A stretch of 62,966 nt of DNA. Origin: a virus (Duplodnaviria; Caudoviricetes). The notes beneath the pieces were generated by a model. The model was not told the DNA's origin. It was given only the letters and a program-made list of their open reading frames with translations, and searched no databases. The DNA lies in the IMG/VR virus record IMGVR_UViG_3300030059_001555, positions 1-62,966 of that record; one strand, written 5' to 3'. Position numbers and translations under genes: made by a program. Shown one piece after another: positions 19,536 to 29,721 of the stretch (position 1 is its first letter; every line of letters starts with the position of its first letter).

Positions 19536-22500
19536 TTAATCGTTGTTTTCTCTTATTGTTAAATTAACCTTAGTAACAGTTGGTATGGTGGATGAAGCAA
19601 GTACACCTATACCTTGAACAGAGAACTCGCTAGTATCTAAGTTCTTTTTATCAGTTTTTACTCCAGATATATAGTTAAACCATTTACCTTCTTTTTGTTT
19701 GAAGTCTGGGACTTGAGCTTCTTGTAGATCAGTATTAAACGAATCTACATACCAACCAGTTTTTGCTTTTAGATTGTAGTATTCTCCGTCATTATACGTT
19801 TCACCATCTACACTTTTCGTAGTAAACTCATTTATTTTAGCTTGAGAACCTTCGTAGTTCATTGCTAAGAAACTCTTTACAGAGCCTGGGTTCTCATTAA
19901 ACAATACGTCTATAGTAGAAGGTACTAAATCTTCTCCATAAAAGGTGTTAGCATTTACTGATCCACTATGATGAGACCATAGTTTAGCAATCTTACCTGT
20001 TAAGTATTCGTCGTTAATGGATAAACCTGTCTCAGGTACAAACGACTTAAAGCTAGACCAACCTTTAGATCTCTCATTGAAAGAAACAGTTATATCGGCT
20101 TTATCTGCATTAGTAATACCATTAGTATCTAAGTGACGAAGTGATAAATTATATTCACCTTTTATGTCATCAAACGTACCTATTAACTCTTGCTTCTTTA
20201 CATTCTTCGAATTATTCAAGTTGTCTCTAAACCAAGAATTCATACCAATATCTGATATAGGCGTCATTCCATCTTGAGACAATCTTAAAACTTTATTTCT
20301 CTGTTTATCAGTAAAGTACATTCTATAACCATCAACCGCTAAGGATTCTGGGTTTGAAGATATACCGTACTCTCCAGCGAAAGCAGTTGCACTACCTAGA
20401 ACTCTATCAGAAGCTACTAGATTTATACTACCATCAGCATTGTATAAAGCATCTTTGTTTGCTAATATCTTAAATACTTTATCTTCACAGAAAGCTACTA
20501 CATTAGTGTCTCTAGTTTTCAACGCTTGGATAGAGCCATAAGATGGATTAAGATCTTTAGTGATCTTCCCAGCCATGTTAAACTCATTGAGGTTATTAAC
20601 ACCACTAGTTGAATTGTATATACCTGAATATATCATACCACTACCTCTTCTCTCTTCTCCATAAGAATCTAAAAGGGTGGATACTTTAACTCCATTGTCT
20701 ATTTGAGGTGCGTTGTAATCATCTCTTATTCTATCTGATTCTAAACCATTCCCAAAAGAATAACAGTTGAACCAAGGTAGGGTGGTTTTATTACCATAGA
20801 CATCACTATCTAATTTATAATACCCAGTTACTTTTTGGAATGTTATAGTATGACTACCTATACCAATTGAATCACCATTAGTAGTGTTATACGTTAAAGT
20901 ATTATCATCGGCGATATTTGTAATAAATGTCCCAACCGGTAGAGTAAAGCTTGCTCCACCTACTGTATTTGTTGCTGATATAGCCTCCCATTTCTCACCA
21001 TTAGTTCCTGTATAGAAAGTGCCAGGTGCAGAACTAACTAATGCTAATTCACTTGTTAATGTTCTACTAGTACCTAATCTACGTCTTTTACCCGGCGGGG
21101 TGTAGGTGAACGGTATTATACCACGAACCCTCAGTTCATTAAGTTTGGGGCTACTCTCAGTTATGATGCCGTTATAGAAGTGAAGGTTAGATGCATTTAA
21201 TAAATAACCCGAGGAAGACCAATAAGAAGCATTATTAAAATTAACAAAATCATTTAAGTCTGGGCAAGAAGTATTATTTGCACACAATAGATATTCATTT
21301 CTCACACTCTCTATAAGCTCTAGTTGATCAATGTCAGGCCACTCAATTGTACTATTGTCGTTTAATTCGTACGCAAAATAATCATACCAATCATCCCAAT
21401 TTTTCTTATTCCCTTCATCCATATCTGACATCATCACCATGAATCCAGTTATTGGATCACCTTCACTAACTCCTTCATCACGCTTAACTACAAAACCATT
21501 GTAAACTGTCCCGTTACCTGTTGTTTCAACGGAGCCATCATTCGCATTCCATCTACATCCTACATTAGGAGGTGTAGTACTGTTAGGGTCGCTACAATAA
21601 TCTATAGCATACTCACAAGAACCGTCATCTTCGTTTGCATCTGCATTATAGTTTGTTGCGTCAGCATCCATACAACCATAAACTACTAAAGTTACACAAC
21701 TACCATCATCTACGTTAGCTGATGAATTATATTCTAAATAAGCTTGATCTATACACCCAAAAATCTCTACACCATCAGTAGTGCCAGTAGTACTATCATC
21801 AATAGTAACTGTGCTTATTTCAGCCACCGTGCATGGTAGGGCAATACTAAACGATGACTTGTATGTTGCAGTAGTATAACCTGAAGACCTATCTTCAGAT
21901 CCTCCAGCAGCATCAGAATTGCCGTAAGTGTTAGCGTATAAAGGTATTGGGTACATATGATCTATAACCTCAGCTTCAGTAGCACCACCATCTGCATGTG
22001 TAAACTTAAGGGTATCCTTTAAAGCTATTTGGAAAGGAAAAACACCCCCACTTGTGAAATCTCTAACCCCAACAACATCTCTAACGGCTGTGTTTACTAC
22101 AGGTGCATTAGCTACAGTTACTGGATTAAGATTAGCCCCTGGTCTATATACTGTGATCGGAGATTCTGTAGGACAGTATGATTCTATATTCTCTTGTGAT
22201 AGTTTTATAGGTAAAGCGTCAGTCGCTTCGTAGTATAAATCTAAACCTACATCTTCCTTAGGTTCTGTCTCCCATATAGCATTACCTTCCTTAAAGTCTA
22301 ATATTGAACCATCATTGAAAGAAGGTTCAACTATTACAATTTTTGAACTCTCAGTACCATCATTCCTCATTGCGCTTCTAGGATCCCACAAGCCAGTATT
22401 TAATGGACTACTGTCTACTACATTAACAAAGCTAAGAGTAAACTTATTTCTATAGCAATAATCCCATCTATGGTTATCGCTCTTGGTATCACATAATACA

Positions 22501-25500
22501 CATTCTAACCCCGCGAGCCTCTTTTGGTGAAAATTGTAATGCCACTTATTTGAATCAACATCTGTAACTCTATAAACCTGGTCTAGTGGATCTGATAAAA
22601 ACCTAAAAAGAGTACCAGGAGTCATTGCTAATTTAAAGTTATTTGCGCTATCAGATACTTCTTTACCTGGAGCTGTAGAACTGAAATCTATTTTAGAAAC
22701 TCCACCGCTGGTTCTCAAACCACCAAGTGGTGTTTGATGATAATCAGATTCACCTGACCAAGACGTAGCCCTATTAGACCCATCCATTATCCAACCTCTA
22801 CCAATGGTATATTTAGTTTTTTCCCAAAAGTCTTTAGTTTCTTCACCACCACCAGTTTCGTCTGTACACCCATAATTAAACTTAACTTGACCATGTGAGT
22901 TTCCAGCAATTACAAAACCACTTGTACCATTGTTCCAAAGAAAATCTGTTCTATCTACCTCTGGTGTTGCGGTTGAAGCAATACCCTTGTAATCTCCTTT
23001 GTAATCGGCATCGGGATTGGCTGGGTTTTTTCCATTTATATTTTTAGTATCTACACTAGAGAAGTTAAACGTATCAACAATATTGTAAGTAACTGAGTCA
23101 CTTGTTGTCGCCATTATATTGGTTGATAACACCCCATCTCTAAGCACCTTAACAAAAAACCTACCATCAAATTCAGGTTTGTTCTCAACTACAGCATCCA
23201 TCATATCCACGCCCCAATCTATACCAGGGTCGTTATACTCTACTCCAAAATGGTCCCATAGCTCAGCTGACACACCCCAAGGCTCTGCAGTTTTTACGAA
23301 CTGCAATGCACTAGTACCCATTTCTATTGATGATACTCCCACCCATTTAGACTTGACCTGTACATCATCTTTTACAGCTGTGATTCTAGCAAAGCCTGTT
23401 CCTTTAAATGAAATGTCATTAAATATATCGTCATTGAAACTAGCTTGAAAGTCTACAACCATGCTAACTGCTATTTCGCTAACATCATTATCTCCAGCTT
23501 CACCTATAATAGCACTAAACATTTTACTACCTAAACCTTTTTCAGTTATCTTAACGAAATCAGGTGCTTCATTTTCTATTGCTAGTATCTTATACCTGGC
23601 TTCATCCATGACTGCGGTTTCGCCTCCATGAACATTCTTAAGTGTTATATATGTCTCCTCATCTACCTTATTTCTATCAGCAGAACTAAAAGCTAACCAT
23701 ACGTTACCATCCTCAGCATTATACCATCTATGTAACACAAGGTTGTAGTATTCGTTTGTCGTCTCCTTAACATAGTATTTATAATATTCCATCCAACTAT
23801 CTGGATTTCCACTACCCCAAGACAGTGAAGCTTGTATTTGATTAACTTTAGAAGAGTTAATCTTTTCTACAGCTATACTAGAAGGTATAACAACTGTACC
23901 ATCTGTCTCACCCCCAATGCCCATTACTGGGGTTTCTCTTCCATATTTATCCCCGAATACTACACCTATTTTATACTTCCTAATAGACTTTAGGGATTTA
24001 ACTGGCATCAACTCTAATACATCATCACCATCTAAAAATTCTGAGTGATCTACACTTAGAATGCTAGGACTAACTACCACAGGTGCTCCAATGTTAAAGT
24101 TCTGTAGGTAGTTACCATAGACTAATCTATTGCCGGTTACCTCTTGAGCTAAAGCTAACTTAGGTACATTATCCCAAGCTCTCAATATTTGAGATGACGG
24201 TAACGTTCTATGCATCATCTCTGATGATATATTTATTACACCAGAATTACCACCGATGTCTGAGTTGTCATTCCATTCAGGGTCAACATTTTTTTTGATA
24301 GACTTAACTACGCGAACGTTAGGTGATACCGTGTCTTTGTATAAAACATCTACTTCAACTATATCATCAGGTCTTTGGTAATCATCTACTACAAAGTCGG
24401 TTACTCTTAAGTACCTAACAGTGTTAACCATACCTAAGTTATAACCCTTAGATGGGACATAGTCTTGTTTTCCAGGTAGGAAAGCAAGCTCTGACCATGG
24501 AGCGAAAGATGAATACTCACCATCTTGGTATTTATATCTATAGGAGAACCTACCTAGATTAAATTCAAATAAAGGTTTAGCCTGCTCTATAGAAGTAGTC
24601 CACTCTTCATGACCTGATGTTATAGACGAGTCTATGCTATTTATTCTTAATGTATGATTAAACACTGTGTTATCAGAGTTCCACTGAGCACTAATTACTA
24701 CAGCTCTTATCGTAAGTGTCTCCCCAGGGGTAGAATCATTCTCTAATATAACGATTTGACCAGCAGTGTATTGAAAACCTATAGAGTATGTTTCATCACT
24801 CTCTCCAGCGGGTATATTTTCAATCCCTGAAATTTCTACATCAATTTCTGAGCCAACTACAATAGGATCTCCAGTACCATCAACAAAAGATTTTACTACA
24901 CTACCGGTAATGTCTAACTCAACACCATCTTCAAAAGATGACATCTCTAATCTAAGCGATGTACGAGGTGCTCTTCTAATAACGGTTATGTGTTCTTCTT
25001 TTAAACCTGGATCTAGTGGCGCTGAAAGAGCATACTCCAAAGTGTCTACTGTGCCTGGTTTAACAATCTTTAATCTTGAGTGGGATTCAAAGCTCTCACT
25101 ATCATCATTAACTTTACCTATACGTCTGTCTATGTTTATCTTCTTTGGCTCAGACTTGTTGTCTGTCCAGAGTAGTAGATTGTCAATAACATTTATACCT
25201 GTTATTAGGACATTATAAGGGTCAGTATTTGTGAAGTTTAAAACTTTGTCTGCTTCAAATGTCCACACTTTAGCGTCGGTTAACACCCCCGTTACAGTGG
25301 TAGTCAAGTAGATTCGCCAAACGGCTGCAGTGCCTGCTAGTGTAGTGTATTTAACCTCCCTGACAGTAAACGTATTAGAGTCATCAGAATCGGCTACTGA
25401 AAAGTTTGGTAATAAAGCACCGTTGGTATCGTAAACACGCCCTCGCATCCCAGCTCTTATATTATCGTTGCCCACGGTTGTTGGAATGTCTATGAAATCA

Positions 25501-25970
25501 TAAACAGTGGCTGCATCTTCTATGTGATTATTAGCAACTCCACTTGTTATGTTAGTAAATTCAACTCTAAAAATATCCGTGACAACTGGCTTTAATGTCT
25601 TAGCAACATTGTCATACATAACAATCATGTCTTTGTATAACTTAGTTGCTGTAACCTTAGTTGAGTCAAAGACACTAGGTTTAGGTGAAGCTATAAAGAA
25701 GTAGGCTCTATCTGCTTTACCGTCAGCAACAGACCCAACAAACCTACTGGGTATACCAGTCCAACTAACGGTTGGGTTCACCTCACTAAAATCAGCGTCG
25801 TTAACTCTCTCTTTATTACCATGCAAAGTCTGCGCAGTACCAACATCGCTACCATCTGAAGTTCTAACCTCTATATTTAAAGCGTCTCTATACTCTCCTT
25901 GAGGAACTAATCTCTCATCGAGATCTTTGTTCATTTTCCCAGCTTGAAACGTGTGTTTTATTTCTGACAT
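19536..25970 (-). CDS. tail nozzle/stabilisation protein (crAss-like/P22 gp10-like) with insertions
   Basis: GKMNKDLDERL..GEYRDALN N-terminus; FSYRYKY; GNRLVYGNY; YFTD...VLRLS; KEGKWFNYI C-terminus. Confidence 0.7.
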   Translation of the reverse strand: MSEIKHTFQAGKMNKDLDERLVPQGEYRDALNIEVRTSDGSDVGTAQTLHGNKERVNDADFSEVNPTVSWTGIPSRFVGSVADGKADRAYFFIASPKPSVFDSTKVTATKLYKDMIVMYDNVAKTLKPVVTDIFRVEFTNITSGVANNHIEDAATVYDFIDIPTTVGNDNIRAGMRGRVYDTNGALLPNFSVADSDDSNTFTVREVKYTTLAGTAAVWRIYLTTTVTGVLTDAKVWTFEADKVLNFTNTDPYNVLITGINVIDNLLLWTDNKSEPKKINIDRRIGKVNDDSESFESHSRLKIVKPGTVDTLEYALSAPLDPGLKEEHITVIRRAPRTSLRLEMSSFEDGVELDITGSVVKSFVDGTGDPIVVGSEIDVEISGIENIPAGESDETYSIGFQYTAGQIVILENDSTPGETLTIRAVVISAQWNSDNTVFNHTLRINSIDSSITSGHEEWTTSIEQAKPLFEFNLGRFSYRYKYQDGEYSSFAPWSELAFLPGKQDYVPSKGYNLGMVNTVRYLRVTDFVVDDYQRPDDIVEVDVLYKDTVSPNVRVVKSIKKNVDPEWNDNSDIGGNSGVINISSEMMHRTLPSSQILRAWDNVPKLALAQEVTGNRLVYGNYLQNFNIGAPVVVSPSILSVDHSEFLDGDDVLELMPVKSLKSIRKYKIGVVFGDKYGRETPVMGIGGETDGTVVIPSSIAVEKINSSKVNQIQASLSWGSGNPDSWMEYYKYYVKETTNEYYNLVLHRWYNAEDGNVWLAFSSADRNKVDEETYITLKNVHGGETAVMDEARYKILAIENEAPDFVKITEKGLGSKMFSAIIGEAGDNDVSEIAVSMVVDFQASFNDDIFNDISFKGTGFARITAVKDDVQVKSKWVGVSSIEMGTSALQFVKTAEPWGVSAELWDHFGVEYNDPGIDWGVDMMDAVVENKPEFDGRFFVKVLRDGVLSTNIMATTSDSVTYNIVDTFNFSSVDTKNINGKNPANPDADYKGDYKGIASTATPEVDRTDFLWNNGTSGFVIAGNSHGQVKFNYGCTDETGGGEETKDFWEKTKYTIGRGWIMDGSNRATSWSGESDYHQTPLGGLRTSGGVSKIDFSSTAPGKEVSDSANNFKLAMTPGTLFRFLSDPLDQVYRVTDVDSNKWHYNFHQKRLAGLECVLCDTKSDNHRWDYCYRNKFTLSFVNVVDSSPLNTGLWDPRSAMRNDGTESSKIVIVEPSFNDGSILDFKEGNAIWETEPKEDVGLDLYYEATDALPIKLSQENIESYCPTESPITVYRPGANLNPVTVANAPVVNTAVRDVVGVRDFTSGGVFPFQIALKDTLKFTHADGGATEAEVIDHMYPIPLYANTYGNSDAAGGSEDRSSGYTTATYKSSFSIALPCTVAEISTVTIDDSTTGTTDGVEIFGCIDQAYLEYNSSANVDDGSCVTLVVYGCMDADATNYNADANEDDGSCEYAIDYCSDPNSTTPPNVGCRWNANDGSVETTGNGTVYNGFVVKRDEGVSEGDPITGFMVMMSDMDEGNKKNWDDWYDYFAYELNDNSTIEWPDIDQLELIESVRNEYLLCANNTSCPDLNDFVNFNNASYWSSSGYLLNASNLHFYNGIITESSPKLNELRVRGIIPFTYTPPGKRRRLGTSRTLTSELALVSSAPGTFYTGTNGEKWEAISATNTVGGASFTLPVGTFITNIADDNTLTYNTTNGDSIGIGSHTITFQKVTGYYKLDSDVYGNKTTLPWFNCYSFGNGLESDRIRDDYNAPQIDNGVKVSTLLDSYGEERRGSGMIYSGIYNSTSGVNNLNEFNMAGKITKDLNPSYGSIQALKTRDTNVVAFCEDKVFKILANKDALYNADGSINLVASDRVLGSATAFAGEYGISSNPESLAVDGYRMYFTDKQRNKVLRLSQDGMTPISDIGMNSWFRDNLNNSKNVKKQELIGTFDDIKGEYNLSLRHLDTNGITNADKADITVSFNERSKGWSSFKSFVPETGLSINDEYLTGKIAKLWSHHSGSVNANTFYGEDLVPSTIDVLFNENPGSVKSFLAMNYEGSQAKINEFTTKSVDGETYNDGEYYNLKAKTGWYVDSFNTDLQEAQVPDFKQKEGKWFNYISGVKTDKKNLDTSEFSVQGIGVLASSTIPTVTKVNLTIRENND

Positions 25971-25976
25971 AAACTA

Positions 25977-26876
25977 CTACTTAATTGGTTTACTAAGACC
26001 TCTCAATACCTGAGTGAACTCTTCCATTTTTATATTAGAAAGTCTAATCTTAGCTTTCCTAGTTTCTGCAAACTTCTCTTTCTTGTATCTTTGCACTACA
26101 TACTCAGGAATACCTGATCTACCAGATACTAACCCATACATGATATGTTTGTATATTGCTTCTTCAGCGAATTTATGAACTAACATCTCACCATCAGTAC
26201 CTAAACCATCGCTAATATATTTTAATATAATAGTTTGCCCAGCTAGGTTAGAACCAAAGTGTATAAACCCAGTTGAATTATCTATGTAAAATGTACCGTT
26301 ATCTTGAGCGTGTTGAGGGTCTAAACCATATCTTCTACCTCTATTGTCAAGTACCGAGTGATCCGTGTTATGTGAATCACTATTTGTATTAGATGATTGC
26401 AGAGTGCTAAAACTACTACGTGTATCTGAAGTGTGGGGATTTAAGTTTGTCTCAGCGGTACCTTGAATGTCAAGAGTATTATCAGTAAGTTGATATACTC
26501 CGTCGGTGTTTTGATCTATAGGGAAAGGATTTGATGTCTTACCTGTAGGATATAAAGGTTTTTCTATACCATTAGAATCCACTCTAACTATTTTAGTATA
26601 GTTAACATAATCTTGAGGTAGGTACATAACCAAAGTGCTAGGTACTTCTATTTCATAAGCTTTGTGAGAACGAAGAACATCGTATGATAATTCTTGTATT
26701 GCTCTCATCCCATGGAACTGTACATCAGCTCTACTAACTTTATTAAGTATTTTATTCTCTCCAACATACACAGCTAGGAATGAACCTATAATATCATCAA
26801 GTGATACAAATTGGTAGTTACCTTTATCTGTGCCTGTATGGTAAGCGTTCTGTGTAGTTCCGTCTAATAACCCCAT
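25977..26876 (-). CDS. tail ring/adaptor protein
   Basis: LPQDYVNY motif, C-terminal RKAKIRLSN, position. Confidence 0.55.
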   Translation of the reverse strand: MGLLDGTTQNAYHTGTDKGNYQFVSLDDIIGSFLAVYVGENKILNKVSRADVQFHGMRAIQELSYDVLRSHKAYEIEVPSTLVMYLPQDYVNYTKIVRVDSNGIEKPLYPTGKTSNPFPIDQNTDGVYQLTDNTLDIQGTAETNLNPHTSDTRSSFSTLQSSNTNSDSHNTDHSVLDNRGRRYGLDPQHAQDNGTFYIDNSTGFIHFGSNLAGQTIILKYISDGLGTDGEMLVHKFAEEAIYKHIMYGLVSGRSGIPEYVVQRYKKEKFAETRKAKIRLSNIKMEEFTQVLRGLSKPIK

Positions 26877-26878
26877 AA

Positions 26879-27817
26879 TTATCTATTTTCTTTTGCTTCT
26901 TTTATTTGCTCATTTCTAAGTACAACCTCAGAAAGACCTGGTTTGTTTAATACAATACCAGCTAGCTCTAGTATTTTGTTTGTCAACGTGCTCTCCTCGG
27001 ATTCGTGTAATTGGAAATTCTGCAATCCCGCGTCAGATGCGTTATACAATGCTTTTTCGTTTATCACTACGTAAGTCCATTTAGGATCCGCTGGTTTAGC
27101 TATGTAGTTACATGCAACCCCAGTAATTATACTCGTGGGATAAACTTGTATAGCTGTCTCAGATGTTTTTACGTATACAGGGTATTTAGTGGTAGGCTTT
27201 AACTTACCAGAGTTCATATAGTTATTCAGCTTGTTTTGATTAACTAGTTGTACTTCTTTGTAACCTCCATTATTTCTATTTGGCATTACCGTTACATAGT
27301 GATCATTAGTAATACTTGCTGCTGCATTAATAGTTATATTATAATCATTAGTAGGTTTTAACGCTGTGATAGTACCCAATAATGCGCCAGTTAAAGTTAA
27401 ATACACTTCATCACCAACGGCCAAACCTAGGGTATCTACAGTCGTGTCAAAGGCTATGATGTTCGAACTAACCGTTGCATTGACTTGAATCTCCTGAGCG
27501 CTATTATTATGACTTAACCTACCCATTTTGTAGCTTGTTGGTAATGTACCACCACCACTAGCATTCATATCTACAAATTGAAAAAACTTTTCGTGTACAT
27601 CTATCTTCTCTTGTATAGAATCTATCTCATCTGCGTATACTGTATCATTACCTGGCTTCTTTCTAAAAGCATCTAGATCATTGAAGTAATTTTCAAACAC
27701 ATCTAGCTGAGCTTTACGTGCTAATAGATTAAACTCCTGAGGAGTTATATAACCCCTCTGTTCCTTATTAGCTATAACTAAAACTTGTTGGTAAACGTTA
27801 TCTATGCTTACTGCCAT
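26879..27817 (-). CDS. tail ring/adaptor (tubular) protein
   Basis: NKEQRGYITPQEFN; YIAKP..PKW; position. Confidence 0.55.
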   Translation of the reverse strand: MAVSIDNVYQQVLVIANKEQRGYITPQEFNLLARKAQLDVFENYFNDLDAFRKKPGNDTVYADEIDSIQEKIDVHEKFFQFVDMNASGGGTLPTSYKMGRLSHNNSAQEIQVNATVSSNIIAFDTTVDTLGLAVGDEVYLTLTGALLGTITALKPTNDYNITINAAASITNDHYVTVMPNRNNGGYKEVQLVNQNKLNNYMNSGKLKPTTKYPVYVKTSETAIQVYPTSIITGVACNYIAKPADPKWTYVVINEKALYNASDAGLQNFQLHESEESTLTNKILELAGIVLNKPGLSEVVLRNEQIKEAKENR

Positions 27818-27971
27818 CTTCTTTTAATTTGTAAGGGAATTGATCATTCAACCAATTCTTCCTTTTATTACATCCACAATCTTTTTTCTTAGTAGTTAAA
27901 TTGACTAAGGTTTTTATACCTGTAAATTTCGTGAATTTCTCTATTGTATCTCCTAATCCTATTGATTTCAT
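27798..27971 (-). CDS. 57-aa protein with GLGDT...DCGC motif
   Basis: MKSIGLGDTIEKFTKFTGIK...DCGCNKRKNWLNDQFPY; below the ORF-track cutoff; preceded by a class II motif. Confidence 0.65.
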   Translation of the reverse strand: MKSIGLGDTIEKFTKFTGIKTLVNLTTKKKDCGCNKRKNWLNDQFPYKLKEDGSKHR

Positions 27972-27991
27972 ACCATACTATTTTACAATAT

Positions 27992-28023
27992 TATAGTTAC
28001 ATAGTAAAGTGAGGAGTTACTAC
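27992..28023 (-). promoter_or_regulatory. class II promoter-like motif
   Basis: GTAGTAACT-N13-TGTAACTATA, just downstream of a terminator. Confidence 0.55.
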
Positions 28024-28028
28024 TAGGC

Positions 28029-28060
28029 AAAAAAAATAGCCACCCGCAAGGATGGCTATT
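28029..28060 (-). terminator. rho-independent terminator
   Basis: Minus strand AATAGCCATCC-TTGC-GGGTGGCTATT followed by a T-run. Confidence 0.8.
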
Positions 28061-28085
28061 AATATTAATTGATAAATATGTATTA

Positions 28086-28859
28086 CTAAACGATACTTAA
28101 ACCATATACTCTAATACCTCTACTAGTAAAAGCATTATGCAAGAACTGTCCTCCACCCGTTAGGTGATGAACTTTGATAGCTTCTTCAGTTACCTGAGAG
28201 TTGCAAAGCTCTTGCATTGCATCACAGATTTCTCTGTACTTGTTAGCAGTATGTATCATTGTTATAGTTTTAACACCACCACCTGCTTGAGGAGCTAAAG
28301 GTTTAAATATTAATTGAGTTGCATCTTGAGCTGCACCATCCCAGTGAATTCCAGCACCAGCAGTATAAGCTAATGGCTGTGCACTAATAAAAGATGCAGC
28401 TGGCAAGCATATATCAGCCCCCGTTGCGTTGAACGGTAGAACTTCCGCAGCAAACTTGATTTCCTCTAAATAAACAAAGTCATTAGCGTGTGGAGTAATA
28501 CCACCATCAGTACCAACAACATTAATGTTGAGTTCTTGATCACCATCGATAAAGCATCCCGTAGCACTATCTAGTATAGATACTTCTCCAGCAACAAAGT
28601 TAGTTGGTGCTCCAGAAAAAGCTTGTGTTCCTGGCCTTGGCCCAGCTGCTACTACAATAGCTGATCTTTTGGCAGACGCTTGAGCTGTTACACATCTATG
28701 TGTTAATTCTAAGGATGGCTTTAATACTCCTGATGCAACATCTGCTGGTAGCATAAGAGAGTTAGCTATAGTCATTGCTGTTCCTGAATAATCTCCATCT
28801 GCAAGAGCGGCTCTCGCCATGTATCCTTTTCTTCCGAAATATAAATAAGGTTGTTTCAT
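28086..28859 (-). CDS. capsid-associated (decoration/fibre) protein, paralog
   Basis: MKQPYLYF...ICLPAASFIS resembles 29222..29626. Confidence 0.45.
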   Translation of the reverse strand: MKQPYLYFGRKGYMARAALADGDYSGTAMTIANSLMLPADVASGVLKPSLELTHRCVTAQASAKRSAIVVAAGPRPGTQAFSGAPTNFVAGEVSILDSATGCFIDGDQELNINVVGTDGGITPHANDFVYLEEIKFAAEVLPFNATGADICLPAASFISAQPLAYTAGAGIHWDGAAQDATQLIFKPLAPQAGGGVKTITMIHTANKYREICDAMQELCNSQVTEEAIKVHHLTGGGQFLHNAFTSRGIRVYGLSIV

Positions 28860-28869
28860 TTTTTTATTA

Positions 28870-29211
28870 TTAAGAGTCAATAGTTACAGCAATACCTGTA
28901 ATACCTCCTGGTTTAACATTTTCGATTTCTGAGAAGGCAACGACGAAGCCTTTTTTGTTTACTACATTATTTTTAGACACCATAGCGTCCATTGCAGCAA
29001 TTCTATTAATTCTGTCCACATCATCAGTGCCTGAGCTAACTACTGTTAAAGCAATTAAATCTCCAGCGTCTGAGTGATTAGCAGCTCCTAGATATGCTGA
29101 GGTAACAACCCCTGCTGCTGTTGACTCCATACCATAAAAATCTTTTGCTTGGTATGCGTTTAACGTAGCTGTGCTATTAATAGTTGCGTGTGCGTTGTAT
29201 ATTACTATCAT
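28870..29211 (-). CDS. capsid-associated protein, paralog
   Basis: AYQAKDFYGM resembles CYPVSSFIG; similar C-terminus. Confidence 0.4.
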   Translation of the reverse strand: MIVIYNAHATINSTATLNAYQAKDFYGMESTAAGVVTSAYLGAANHSDAGDLIALTVVSSGTDDVDRINRIAAMDAMVSKNNVVNKKGFVVAFSEIENVKPGGITGIAVTIDS

Positions 29212-29221
29212 AATTTATATT

Positions 29222-29626
29222 TTATCCTTGAGTTATACCAAAAGCAGTTGCGCAAGAAATTGCAGTTGTGTTATTCAACCCTTCAAATTCTTCTGCAATA
29301 ATGCCACTAGCAGTATCTACAACAGTTATTACTCTCCCTCTTCCTGGGTTTGCCATTATTCTAGCCATTGCTTTGACTATATCCATGTGGATCGTTCCTC
29401 TTGTTGCTAGCGTTTCGTGTGTTAACACTACATCATTAAACTTTTTAGACACTGCACCATCAATTGTATTAGCTGTGTTGTCTTCAAACCTTAATATTGT
29501 TCTTGCAGCGTGATTCCAAGTTGCTCCTATAAAACTAGAGACTGGGTAGCAAACGGCATCATTTGCCGCGTCACCCGCCGTCCCTGTTAAAGCAAAATAC
29601 AAATAGTTCTCTACTGGTTTTACCAT
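29222..29626 (-). CDS. capsid-associated protein, paralog
   Basis: ENYLYF...AVCYPVSSFIG; downstream of MCP. Confidence 0.45.
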   Translation of the reverse strand: MVKPVENYLYFALTGTAGDAANDAVCYPVSSFIGATWNHAARTILRFEDNTANTIDGAVSKKFNDVVLTHETLATRGTIHMDIVKAMARIMANPGRGRVITVVDTASGIIAEEFEGLNNTTAISCATAFGITQG

Positions 29627-29721
29627 GATTGTTTTTTGTTTTTAATAATTAATATTTGTTTATGAATTAAGGTTTAAGGATTAAGGTTTAAGGTTTGTGA
29701 TATTAATTGGAAAGAAAACGG

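Noticed and set aside
21110-21520. Diversity-generating retroelement targeting the DUF1566 domain
   Set aside because: No reverse transcriptase and no template-repeat copy seen in the window
29667-29696. Short TTAAGG(T/A) tandem repeat in an intergenic gap
   Set aside because: Only about four imperfect units; no further support for a function
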